This document shows, piece by piece, positions 26,228 to 37,968 of a stretch of 64,000 nucleotides of DNA. Both the position numbers and the translations under genes were made by a program. Source of the stretch: Octopus sinensis (taxonomy: Eukaryota); the NCBI RefSeq assembly GCF_006345805.1, contig NC_043007.1:47926001-47990000 (forward strand). The letters are read 5' to 3'. How positions within the stretch are numbered: the first letter of the stretch is position 1; every line of letters starts with the position of its first letter. Below the pieces are notes generated by a model, which saw nothing but the letters and a program-made list of their open reading frames with translations, did no database searches and was not told where the DNA came from.

Positions 26228-26344
26228 TGAATTGTTCACTAGCAAAAGATACTGGTCCCATGTGTACTAATTCACCTGACTCTGATTGTGAGGAATATGC
26301 CAATATACCAGATGAATGTCCCTGGAAATGTGGTATATGCCCAT
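26228..26344 (+). CDS. CAP/CRISP module 1 exon: ShK-like domain LNCSLAKDTGPMCTNSPDSDCEEYANIPDECPWKCGICP
   Basis: ctttcAG/GTAAGT, 117 nt, phase 1-1. C-x9-C-x7-C-x9-C-x3-C-x2-C with a CP..CG.C ending typical of ShKT domains. Confidence 0.92.
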
Positions 26345-27089
26345 GTAAGTACAAAAGATTATGTTGCCATTTATTCTTTAGATGTTATCCGCTTATTCTA
26401 GTTCGAAAGACAAAGCAATATAACCAAAGAATTCACTAATATAAGTCCACCCTAAACAGAATTTTCGGGAAGGGTTCTGTTTGTTTTAAAATTCTACAAA
26501 ATAAATAGGTTTTATAATTCTGATATTAGAATAATATCAACTTATTTCTCCTCACAAACAACTAGTATATGGTGAAAGTATTGCAATAGTTGTTATAGCT
26601 GTAATTATAAATTAAAAAGGATTCTTAATTAGAATTCTTTACTAAAATCGAGTTGTCTGCTTCATCAAATATTTCCTTAAATAATGACATGAAATATATT
26701 TTTTCAAAATAAAAATAAAAACAAATTTGCGAAATCTTACAAGACAATATAATTTATATCCAAATACAAGAAATATTTACTGAATTCAAACGTATTTCAT
26801 ATCAAATAATTACTTATTCACGAATATTATCTTCTAATTTGGGAAGAATCGGTAGTGATAGCAGCATATTTCTTAATATTTTAGATACATCCCTCTCCGT
26901 GCTAAATTCTAAATTTTCCAATAGGGACGTGGACTGCCATTAATTTAGAGACAATTAAGTAACATTAAGTAACAATTACATGCAGAATCAATGAAATTAA
27001 CTTTGTCCGCGCTTGAATTTCAAAGTGAGGGTTGACAACAGGGATGGCATCCCACCATGGAGAATTTCCCGGTTTCTATCGCGTATGTG

Positions 27090-27275
27090 TTTCCCAGCTG
27101 GACGGGACGCCAGTCCATCGCAGCGTTACTCATTTTTGCAAGCTGGGTGGACTGGAGCAACGAGAAATGAAGCGTTTTGCTCAAGAACACAACGCGTCGT
27201 CCGGTCCAGGAATCGAAACCACAATCCTATGATCGTGGTGATCATGGTGCTGACACCCTAACCACTAAACCACTA
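27090..27275 (-). mobile_element. SINE family C-like fragment
   Basis: ggactggagcaacgagaaatgaag...gctcaagaacacaacgc...accactaaaccac. Related pieces lie at ~33430-33530 and 34400-34560. Confidence 0.65.
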
Positions 27276-27821
27276 GTCTGATCTATACAAACACAGAAAA
27301 ATGGACGTCAAAACTTACGACGACTGCGGTGGTGGCAACGGTGGCGGTAGTGACAGTAATGATTTGTGTGAAGAAAGACGAGGAGAAGCCGGATAGGAGG
27401 AGGGGGAGGAGGCGTAAGAGAAGGAAGAGGAATTGTCTAAGCATCAACATAAATATATAATTGCTTACTAATTAATATCACACAATAAAAAGTACCATGC
27501 AAAATTTTTCAACCACTTGGTTGGTTCGCTGATTTCTCCAATCACACTTTACAACATGAAGAAAGAGGGAAAGAGAGAGGAGGCAGGCAAAACACAGAGA
27601 CAGGGAGAGTTGGAGAGAAGAAAAATGAAAAGAAGGGACACAGAAGGAGAGTGAGAGAGAGAGGGATGAGGTAAAAAGGAGATAGTGAGAAAGTTAATAC
27701 AACTGGTGCAGAAGGAGCATCTTATAACTTTGCGAAAAATACCCATTTAGGTTTTCGGTGGAGTAAATTGTGATTAGATTGATAAAAATATAGAAAATAA
27801 TAATATTTATTGAAAATAAAC

Positions 27822-28262
27822 AGGTGTGGGTGTGTGGTAAGAAGCTTGCTTCCAAACCACATGGTTCCAGGTTTAGTCCCACTGCGTGGCACCTTGGGCA
27901 AGTGTCTTCTACTATAGGCCCGAGCCGAGCAAAGCATTCTAAGTAGATTTGATAGAGGGAAACTGAAAGAAGCCCGTTGTATATATACATGTGTGCGCGC
28001 GTGTGTGCCTGTGCATGTGTGCGTATGTGTATGTGCGTGAGCGTGTGCGTGTGCGTATGCGTGTGTGTCACTCAACACTGCTTGACAACCGGTGTTGGTT
28101 TGTTTAACTCCTTGTAGCTTAGCGGTTCGGCAAAAGACACCGATAGAATAAGTGTCAGTCTTAAAAAAAGTAAGTCCTGGGATCGATTCATTCGACTAAA
28201 ACTTCTTAAAGGTGGTGCTCCAGCATGGCCGCAGTCTAATGACTGACAATGAAAAGATAAAA
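27822..28262 (+). mobile_element. SINE family B copy (duplicated with the segment)
   Basis: Almost identical to 36298-36722. Confidence 0.88.
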
Positions 28263-28720
28263 GATTTGATTTTAAGGCAACAAATCGTAATCTTTTGGAA
28301 ATTTGTTATCATTTCATCATTTTGTATAAGTAAAAGGAAAGTTAGTAAAAGTTAAATCATAATTATTGAATGTATGTCATATTTCCTGATATTATTCGTT
28401 ATGGCAAAAGTAAATTTTCAAATATATCCGCCATATAACAGATAACACTCTAGTTATCTAATAGTAATTAAAGCATTCTCTTCGACGAGGTCGATTTAAG
28501 CTGGTTTCCTTGTGTCTTAGATCAATTGAAAATAAATACTAGTCATATACTATAGCAACGCCCAACGAAATACCTGCGTTGTTCCAATGTAAGGAATCGT
28601 TTTGATGAAGAATATCAATTTGATTACATTGCTATTTTGTGTGCAATATTGATTGAGGACCTTAATGAAAATGTTTCATGCTTGTTTTTGTTTTTTTTCA
28701 TTTCTCTTTTATTCATTTAG

Positions 28721-28833
28721 ACGCTGATTATAGACTACGTCCAGAGAGACCTGCAGCTGAGACCCCAAAGAAAAATGGTAGTATAGTTATATGCGTAACA
28801 CTCTTTCTATATGTGCATTTTGTTATCACTTAA
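28721..28833 (+). CDS. CAP/CRISP exon after ShK: (Y)ADYRLRPERPAAETPKKN, then either a weak donor at 28778 or read-through GSIVICVTLFLYVHFVIT-stop
   Basis: Strong polypyrimidine tract and AG at 28719-20. Phase 1 fits the ShK exon. TAA at 28831-33. Candidate internal donor ATG/GTAGTA would give a 57-nt phase 1-1 exon. Confidence 0.8.
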
Positions 28834-29699
28834 CATATATAACTACTTTTAAGATTTTTCCTGTTTAATATTTGTCAGCATTTGACGAAAGCAAGCCTTA
28901 TAAATAATAACAGAAAAAGCTAATAACAAAACATAATTGCACTTCTATTAACCTATACCGACGGATAATTTCATTTATTTCAAATGAACAGAAGAGTGGC
29001 TTGGAATAAACCTGAAAATTTAGTTGTAGAAAATACATATTCCTTGATATACTAACATAAATAAATTGATGATATCACTTAATTAAATGTCAAAGGAAGG
29101 CGACTTCTATTTTGGAGCATTATCTGTTAAATGGAAGTAGGTTACTTACTGTGTCTTCTTCCGCTGAATTTTATATTGTTTTCCGTAAATTGATATCATT
29201 GTCCCGTGAAAGAAAGAAAATTCCGATAAAAATGCACTTTCATATTCGAAGTAAAATAGCCAGCATAATATTCTATCGAGAAAAATCCGTCCTGTGCTTT
29301 TAGAGATGACTTTGAATCATCTAAAGTCCAGCCTGTTTATGTGTGGACTCTGCATCAACGCACGCAATAATTTCACGAAATGTTTTAACAAAATATTTTT
29401 TAAACGTTAATTTATGTTTGCTTTCAATAGAAAGAGTGTTACACATATAACTATACCACCACTTAACTTTGGAACCGAATTTCAATAGAATAAAGGCCCG
29501 TAACCTAACCAAAATTACTGACTATATAGTAAATTTTAAAATCTCAAATTTAGATTCACAGAAAAAATTATATACGTAATTTATCTTGGTTGAATAAGTC
29601 TTTTTCTACTCTGAGTTTCACCTGTAGGTGCACAGGTATTAAGTAATCTTTTTTTCCAACAGGTTTGCTCTCCAACCACATGGTTCCGGTATTAGTGCA

Positions 29700-30225
29700 T
29701 GCGATCAAAGTGACACTGGGGTAAAATATATGAAACCCAATTTACCCATCGTTACTACCTGTCTGATAAGAGTACACTAGGTACATGCACCACAACCATA
29801 TGTGCATGACATGGTGATTTCATATCAAGATAAACAGCGCATAACATTGCTGGTGGGGCCCAGTTAAAATTTTCTTCAGGTCGAGTAGCCCATTTTGCCC
29901 AAGAGGTCCTCGAATAAGGGTTGTTTAAGAATATTGAGCGAAACACCCATGCTTCCAGAGATGAATTATTCATACTACAAAGAATTCCTCTCAAAACATA
30001 GCTATGACGTTCCCTCACTGCTTCGGATCAGAGATGCACATATCGTCAGCCACTAAGGGACATGCTCAACTGGTTAAGATCAAGCAACTGATAAGCAAAT
30101 ATGAGGTATTGAGTAGAATATTTGTGGTAGCCCATCTTTTATGAGAAAGCATGTACCTGATAACACTACCATTCAGTTAAAACGAGAAACCATAAGAACC
30201 AGTGCCTGTTACAGCACAAGGCATT
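29700..30225 (-). mobile_element. (AAT)n-associated ~0.5 kb element copy
   Basis: Reverse complement of 869-1378 and 51982-52533. Abuts an (ATT)n tract at 30226. Confidence 0.8.
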
Positions 30226-31308
30226 TATTATTATTATTGTAATTGTTATTGTTGTTATTGTTGTTCTTGTTCTTGTTCTTGTTATCTTCTTATTCTTCTT
30301 CTTCTTCTTATTATTATTATTAAAGCGGCGAGCTGGCAGAATCGTTGTCATGCCGGGTGAAATGTCTGTCATTACGTTCTGAGTTCAAATAACGCCGTTG
30401 TCCAATTTGCCTTTCGAGATCGATAGTCGATTAATTCGACTTAACCCCCGCCCCAAAATTGCTGGCCTTGTGCCAGAATTTGAAACCATTATTATTATTA
30501 TTACTGTTTTTACTGATTTTGTTGTTGTTAATGTTGCATAATATCACTGCAGCTGTATGAATTTTCGATGCATGCTGTGTTTTTGTTTGCTTTTATTACG
30601 ATTTTCCATTTCAGTCTCTCAGCTATTTGACCACTGCCTAGCAGTAAACGTTTCCATATTTTTGTGTGATTTGGTGTTGTCTAGATATTTGCCGGTATCT
30701 CTTTTTAAAGTTTTAATTTTTCCAAACACAGAATTATTTCGACTATTTTCTGTTCCTAATTCTAATTATTTTTATTTTAAAATACTTTTATTTGGATAGA
30801 TTCTCATATTCCTTTAGAAATACATTTTCGTCTCTTGCAATCGTTATTTCAATAAGGAGACATTTCTTTCACTTATTGTCTTTGGCAATATCTGACAGAT
30901 TTGCTTTAATCTTCATGTCTCTATGGATTGGTATACCCAAGATTATGGCCGCTGCGTAATTTTTTGAAAATGTATTCTATCTTTTACAGTCATTTTTGTA
31001 TATGTGAGGATTTTCTAATGGTGACATAATTCTGGAGTATGAAAGTTACAACTATCTCATATATTTTTCCTACGTATTATACATACATACGTACATACAT
31101 AAATACATATATACATACACATATATATTATATATATACTATATATATGGCGCAGGCGTGGTTGTCTGGTAAGAAACCTGTTTTCTAACCACGTGATTCT
31201 GGGTTCAGTCTCACTGCGTGGCGCCTTGGGCAAATACCTTCTACTATACCCTCGGGTTGACCAAAGACTTGTGAGTGTATTTAGTAGGCGGAAACTGAAA
31301 CAAACGCG

Positions 31309-31360
<52 letters not shown>

Positions 31361-31596
31361 CTGTTTAAAGATCACAATACATATCTTCATCATTAAACAA
31401 ATATTTGACTCACACCAGATGGAGTGCTCTCTTTGTTGAGTTATACCATGAACCAATACATTATATACATACATACATACATATATGCATACACACACAC
31501 GCACACACACACACATATATATATACATATATATATACATATATACATACATATATATATATATATATATACATACATTTATACATATATACGCTT

Positions 31597-31935
31597 GTGA
31601 AGGCGCATGGTTCAGTGGTTAGAGCGTCGAGCTTAAGATCATGAGGTTGTGAGTTCGAATCCCGGACCGGGCTGCGTGTTGCGTTCTTGAGCAAGATACT
31701 TTATTTCACGTTGCTCTCAATCACTCAGTTGTAGAAATGAGTTGCGACGTCACAGGTGCCAAGTTGTATCGGCCTTTGCCTTTCTCTTGGATAACACTGG
31801 TGGCGTGGAGAGAGAAGGCCGGTATGCATGGGCAACTGCTGGTCTTCCATAAACAATCTTGCCCGGACTTGTGTCTGGGAGGGTAACTTTCTAGGTGCAA
31901 TCCCACGGTCAGTCATGACCGAAGGGAATCTCAGC
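31597..31935 (+). mobile_element. tRNA-derived SINE (family C)
   Basis: A-box-like tggttcagtggttagagc and B-box gagttcgaatccc, followed by a non-tRNA body. A related head lies at 57720. Confidence 0.8.
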
Positions 31936-31992
31936 ATACGCTTATCAATTTGTCTTGCAAGATTCCTGATGTGAAATCGTGCGTTGAAACAG

Positions 31993-32391
31993 ATATTGTT
32001 GTATTTCGGGATGGTGATTTTTTTAGCTAAATAAACACACGCACTATATTTTTGTTCTTCACTCGTTTATTACTGTTCATATTTTAACTCATGTTCATTA
32101 TCCGGAAATCTTTCGTCACACATCTGTGACCTCTTCAGCGACACTCTTCGTTTTCGTGTGTGCTCTTGCTCCACTTGAGAATGGAGTAAGTGGAGCAAGA
32201 CCACACACGAAAACGAAAGTGTCGCTGAGGAGGTTACAGATGTGTGACGAAAGATTTCCGGACAATAGACAGGAGTTAAAATAACAAAAAAGAATAGTAA
32301 TAAACGAGTGAAGAACATATATATATATAGTACGTGTGTTTATTTGACAAAAAAGAAAAAAAGAAAATCACCATCCCGAAATAAAACAATA
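31993..32391. mobile_element. ~400 bp palindromic element, probable inverted Penelope-like terminal repeats
   Basis: Arms 31993-32176 and 32187-32391 are reverse complements, with a loop of about 10 nt. Each arm carries a hammerhead-like core. Confidence 0.75.
32219..32265 (+). ncRNA. Minimal hammerhead ribozyme motif (mirror copy on the - strand at ~32097-32144)
   Basis: CTGAGGA (32225-31), G, stem II GTTACA-gatg-TGTGAC, GAAA (32249-52), gatt, TC. Stem I tgtcg/cggaca is imperfect. Confidence 0.6.
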
Positions 32392-32392
32392 T

Positions 32393-32441
<49 letters not shown>

Positions 32442-32499
32442 AAATAAAAGAAGCAAAAGACACACAGTTTACATAGTTTTAATATTTTTTATATATTTA

Positions 32500-33305
32500 A
32501 TAAGTCAAAAAGTTTATCGACTGATTTCGCTTATTGTATTTTTGTATTTTCCTTAGAAGATTTAGTCCATGTTGTGTGTGGAGAAGTTTGTGAATGAATA
32601 ATTCAACAAGTAGAAAAACCTAAGGGGAGGTAATTGGTGATCGTTATTATTGCGGACAGGGGAAGTAATTGCTCATCTTTCGGGGAGAGGATAAATATAT
32701 ATACGAAAACTCAAAAGCTAAAGTAGTGAGATTAAATATGTACAGTGATGGGTATGTGATCAGGAATGAAAATATATACTGAGACCAAAGTTGGTTATGC
32801 GTCCATATTTAGACGCGTTCTGTATTTTTCGATGAACAAATTTTCTTTATAACGTTCTTGCACAGAAATTGTTTCTTTGCATTGGTAGACGGGGAAAACC
32901 GAAATTTGGTTGGATATTACCTGCACATCTCTCTATGTGTTCACTCACAGGAATCTGTCTGTATTGCGAGAACCGGATCTGTTCCTTATGTAGTCTGGTT
33001 CTCCGTCTCAGTATCATACTTGTCTGTCCTACATAGCTATGTCCACAACCTGAACAGGTTATAATATTAATTAGATTCTCAGAAGCACAAGGAAAGTTGG
33101 TTTTAGTTGTGAACCCCTCTCCTTGTTTGAAGAGGAATTCCAAGCCTTCCAGTAGGTTGGGGCATGTTCCACATTTTGGGCGTCCACATTTTTTAACCAT
33201 TGGTTTCGTGGTTGTGTAAAGCTTTGCATTTGTGAGAAGTCTTTTCAGTGATTTGTGTTGCTCTTTGCATTTGATGAATTTTGTTGCATGCCTCATTGTT
33301 ACTAT
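32500..33305 (-). mobile_element. Penelope-like element 3' end with GIY-YIG endonuclease
   Basis: ORF 32847..33410 contains CGRPKCGTC..NLINIITCSGCGHSYVGQT...LRRRTRLH..VSEH. A degenerate hammerhead (CTAAGGA...GAAAtcagTC) lies downstream at ~32518-32556. Confidence 0.88.
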
Positions 33306-33604
33306 GGTCGTGAGTTGATATATATACGGTATGTGTGCGTCTTTGTGCCTGTGTTTGTCCCCACCACCATCCCTTGACAACCGATGTTGGTTTCTTGGAT
33401 ACTGGAGCATATATATATATATTCATCTCTGAACGAGACGCCTGTCCATCGCAGGATCATTCATTTCTGCAAGCTGAGTGGAGCGGAGCAACCTGAAATG
33501 AAGAGTCTTGCTTAAGAACACAACGCATCACTCCGTATATATAATATATGCATACATACATATACGCAAAGATATGTATAAACCTATATGTGTGTGTGTG
33601 TGTG

Positions 33605-33770
33605 TGGCGGTATTTCGTGTGTCTTTACGTTATGAATTCAAATTTCGCCGAGGTTGACTTTGCCTTTCATCCTTTCAGGGTCGATAAATTAAGTACCAGT
33701 TGTGTACTGGAGTCGATCTAATCGACTGCCTCCCCACCCAACATTCGGGCATTGTGCTTAGAGTAGAAAA
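33605..33770 (+). mobile_element. SINE family A copy
   Basis: Family core. Confidence 0.75.
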
Positions 33771-35127
33771 GGATTCTTATCTTTAGACAGAACAGAGATT
33801 CCAGTAAAAACCAAAATTAAAATATTAATTGATTTCAGGTTGCTTTTAGTAAACAAGCTGAGTCATATGAAAAGAATAACCGATGGCTATTAAAATCTGC
33901 GACTAAATTTCCATAGCTGCTCTCTGTTAAAACATGCCTTAAGCATGCCTGAAGATTTTTTTTGGTTCCACTGTCACACGTAACTCATTAGAAAATATCC
34001 TCATCATTATATACGTTGAATTTTATTGTTGGCATCGAGCGTGACGGGAACTTTGCACACGCCGTAATTAATTTCATAAGAATATAACACTATATAACAC
34101 ATAACACAATTACAACACTATATAGGATTGTTGTGTTTGATTCTTAAAGCCAACCATCTCCCGTAAACGTGTATGACTTGGTAATATGTACTGTTTTCAC
34201 TAATTGCTTAAAGTGTTTATTTAGTCTCGAGCATAGACATCCTTTCGATTCTCCCACACTTTGATCCAACAGCAAATCTAGCATGTAGCAGCTGGAGAGA
34301 GAGAGGGAGAGAGAGACAGACAGACAGACAGAGACAGGCAGACATACAGAGACAGACAGATAGACAGGCAGGCAGATAGACAAACAGACAGACAGACGGA
34401 GCACCAGACGAGTGTTGGTGCTCATTTGGAGCTGAGTAGATTGGAGCAACGTGAAACGAACTGCCTGCACCAGGGACACAACGTACCGCTCAATCCGAGA
34501 ATTGAACATTCGACATTATGATTATTAGCCGGAAACTCTAACCACATGGCCACGTGCCTTCATATATTTGATTCAATTAACTTAAGAAGGATCAGATTAT
34601 TTCATTCAATATTTTAGAAATATCTATTTTCATGATATTTCTACTTGATATTTTTATCTTTTAATCCAGAGGGAAGGCAGTGACTCTGCCATTCCACAGG
34701 CTCCAGGGACTTGTGGGAGGAAGGAGAGATTAAGGTATTCGCAAATTAACTTGCAACAGAGTCGGCACTACTGAAGACACCCACGGTACGAACGGTGATG
34801 TTAAGCCAGGCAACAAATTAGGTTGATAGTCTAAACTCCTTCACATTAAGAACTAAGATTAAACATGTCAATTTTCCGTGAGTAAACAGGCGGAAAACAA
34901 CATTGTATTTCTACGCCGCAACATGTCTGAATGTACTGGCAGTGAATCTCTGTCGTTGTATTGTCTTTCAATGACACATTTCAATGTGACGCCAAATATC
35001 TTTTTAGGTCACATCCACTCATTTGTTTTAGTAACGAGCCATAGCGGCTATTATTTTTAATATGCTTTGTTTCCTTTTGACTAGCCCATTCCGTTCTCTA
35101 CTTTTAATATATTGTAATGTTGTTAAT

Positions 35128-35281
35128 GATTGGGTATGTTAGAAGGGCATCCAGCTGTAGAAACATTGCCAGATAAGACTGGAGCCTGGTGCAGCCTTCT
35201 GGCTTCCCAGATCCCCGGTCGAACCGTCCAACCCATGCTAGCATGGAGAACGGACGTTAAACGATGATGATGATGATGATG
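35128..35281 (+). mobile_element. SINE/LINE 3' tail ending in (GAT)n
   Basis: agaagggcatccagctgtagaaac...ccaacccatgctagcatggagaacggacgttaaacgatgatgat. A related copy lies at ~63690-63778. Confidence 0.65.
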
Positions 35282-35379
35282 TATGTATGTATGTATGTAT
35301 GCATGTATGTACACATACACACACACACATACACACACACATATAAACACACACACACACACACACTCATAGATATATC

Positions 35380-35720
35380 TTTACTCTTTTACTTGTTTCA
35401 GTCATTTGACTGCGGCCATGCTGGAGCACCGCCTTTAGTCGAGGAAATCGACCCCAGGACTTATTCTTTGTAAGCCTAATACTTATTCTTTGGCCGAACC
35501 GCTAAGTTACGGGAACGTAAACACACCACCATCGGTTGTTAAGCGATGTTGGGTTGGACAAACACAGACACACACACACATATATATATATATACATATA
35601 CATATATACGACCGGCTTCTTTCAGTTTCCGTCTACCAAATCCACTCACAAGGCTTTGCTCGGCCCGAGGCTATAGTAGAAGACACTTGCCCAAGGTACC
35701 ATGCAGTGGGACTGAACCCG
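35380..35720 (-). mobile_element. SINE family B copy
   Basis: Matches 18405-18750. Confidence 0.85.
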
Positions 35721-35744
35721 AGTAGGAAACGTGTTGGTGCGCAT

Positions 35745-35799
<55 letters not shown>

Positions 35800-37189
35800 A
35801 AGTGCGTGCGTGTGTCTCCTCTAAGACTGGGCAGATATATACAGTCACGTTTAGTTCTGATATACGCAAGCCGATGCGTATGAGAAACTTGGTTAAGTAC
35901 AGGAATTCTGAAGACTGAAGCTTGTGGGAGAAGGAGTGGTTAATGAGACGGGTCAAGTAAACATGTAAATTTGCTTTTTTATTTTTGTATGTATTTATAT
36001 TTATTACCGCCATAAATAATATTTGCAATTTAAAAAGAATATATATTTAAATGAACCCCACCAAAAAAAAGGAAAGGTAAGAAAAAAGGAAAAATAAAGA
36101 GAGAAATTAAGAAATTCTTATATTCTTTCGATGTCCTGTAACGATGTCCTTATGGTCCCAGTAGACAAAATCGAAAGGATCTTACCCCGGAGGAAAGCGA
36201 AGGAGACGCTTATTTAAGCTTATTTCTTTCCACAAAAGAACTAGAATATGGTGAAAGTATTGCATTAGTTAAAAAGATTCTTAATTAGAAAATAAACAGG
36301 TGTGGGTGTGTGGTAAGAAGCTTGCTTCCAAACCACATGGCTCCAGGTTTAGTCCCACTGCGTGGCACCTTGGGCAAGTGTCTTCTACTATAGGCCCGAG
36401 CCGAGCAAATCATTCTAAGTACATTTGGTAGAGGGAAACTGAAAGAAGCCCGTTGTATATATACATGTGTGCGCACGTGTGTGTGCCTGTGCATGTGTGC
36501 ATATGTGTGTGTGCGTGTGTGTGTGTCACTCAACACTGCTTGACAACCGGTGTTGGTTTGTTTAACTCCTCGTAACTTAGCGGTTCGGCAAAAGACACCG
36601 ATAGAATAAGTGTCAGTCTTAAAAAAAGTAAGTCCTGGGATCGATTCATTCGACTAAAACTTCTTAAAGGTGGTGCTCCAGCATGGCCGCAGTCTAATGA
36701 CTGACAAGGAAAAGATAAAAGATTTGATTTTAAGGCAACAAATCGTAATCTTTTGGAAATTTGTTATCATTTCATCATTTTGTATAAGTAAAAGGAAAGT
36801 TAGTAAAAGTTAAATCATAATTATTGAATGTATGTCATATTTCCTGATATTATTCGTTATGGCAAAAGTAAATTTTCAAATATATCCGCCATATAACAGA
36901 TAACACTCTAGTTATCTAATAGTAATTAAAGCATTCTCTTCGACGAGGTCGATTTAAGCTGGTTTCCTTGTGTCTTAGATCAATTGAAAATAAATACTAG
37001 TCATATACTATAGCAACGCCCAATGAAATACCTGCGTTGTTCCAATGTAAGGAATCGTTTTGATGAAGAACATCAATTTGATTCCATTGATATTTTGTGT
37101 GCAATATTGATTGAGGACCTTAATGAAAATCTTTCATGCTTGTTTATTTTCCTCTGTTTTCTTTTCTCTTTTCTCTTTTATTTATTTAG

Positions 37190-37323
37190 ATGCTGGGAAT
37201 GTTGCACAATCTGACGAAAAGAAGGAGAAATCTGAAAGTTTGGCCCCAAAGGAAAATGGTAGTATAGTTATATGTATAACACTCTTTCTATATGTACATG
37301 CTCTTATCACTGAACATATATAA
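37190..37323 (+). CDS. Duplicated exon: (D/Y)AGNVAQSDEKKEKSESLAPKEN, then either a weak donor at 37259 or read-through GSIVICITLFLYVHALITEHI-stop
   Basis: Long polypyrimidine tract and AG at 37188-89. Open in phase 1. TAA at 37321-23. Paralogous to 28721-28833. Confidence 0.7.
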
Positions 37324-37968
37324 CTACTTTTAAGATTTTTCCTGCTTAATATTTTGTCAGCTTTTGACAAAAACAAACTCTGTAAATATTAACAAAAAAA
37401 AAGCTAATAACAAAACATAATTGCACTTCTATTAACCTCTACCGACGGATAATTTCGTTTATTTCAAATGAACAGAAGAGTGGCTTGGAATAAACCTGAA
37501 AATTTAGTTGCAAGAAATACATATCCCTTGATATACTAACATAAATAAATTGATAATACCACTTGATCAAATGTCAAAGGAAGGCGACTTCTAGTTTGGA
37601 GCATTATCTGTTAAATGGAAGTAGGGTACTTACTGTGTCTTCTTCCGCTGAATTTTATATTGTTTTCCGTAAATTGATATCATTTTCCCGTGAAAGAAAG
37701 AAAATTCCGATAAAAATGCACTTTCATATTCGAAGTAAAATGACCAACACAATATTCTATCGAGAAAAATCCGTCGTTTTTTTAGAGATGACTTTGAATC
37801 AACTAAAGTCCAGCGTGTTTATTGTATGGACACTCTACACGAATGCACGCAATTGTTTCACCAAGTAATTTAATAAAATCTTTTTTTTTTTTGAAACGTT
37901 AATTTATTTGTTTGCTTTCACTAGAATTAAGGTTCGTAACCTAATCAAAATTACTAACTATATAGTAG

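Larger units (their letters stand above)
26540..31053 (+). repeat. Local segmental duplication, copy A
   Basis: Collinear with 36219-41250: 26541-26633, 27811-29530, 29560-29690 and 30320-31053 match, interrupted by copy-specific indels. Confidence 0.92.

Noticed and set aside
31597-31675. tRNA gene
   Set aside because: A and B boxes are present but there is no closed acceptor stem, and it continues into a SINE body. The same applies at 57720.
34670-34734. AG...GT-bounded segment as an extra linker exon
   Set aside because: Only the phase 0-to-2 frame is open, which is incompatible with the phase-1 neighbours. Adjacent RLRYSQINLQQSR resembles a LINE endonuclease start.
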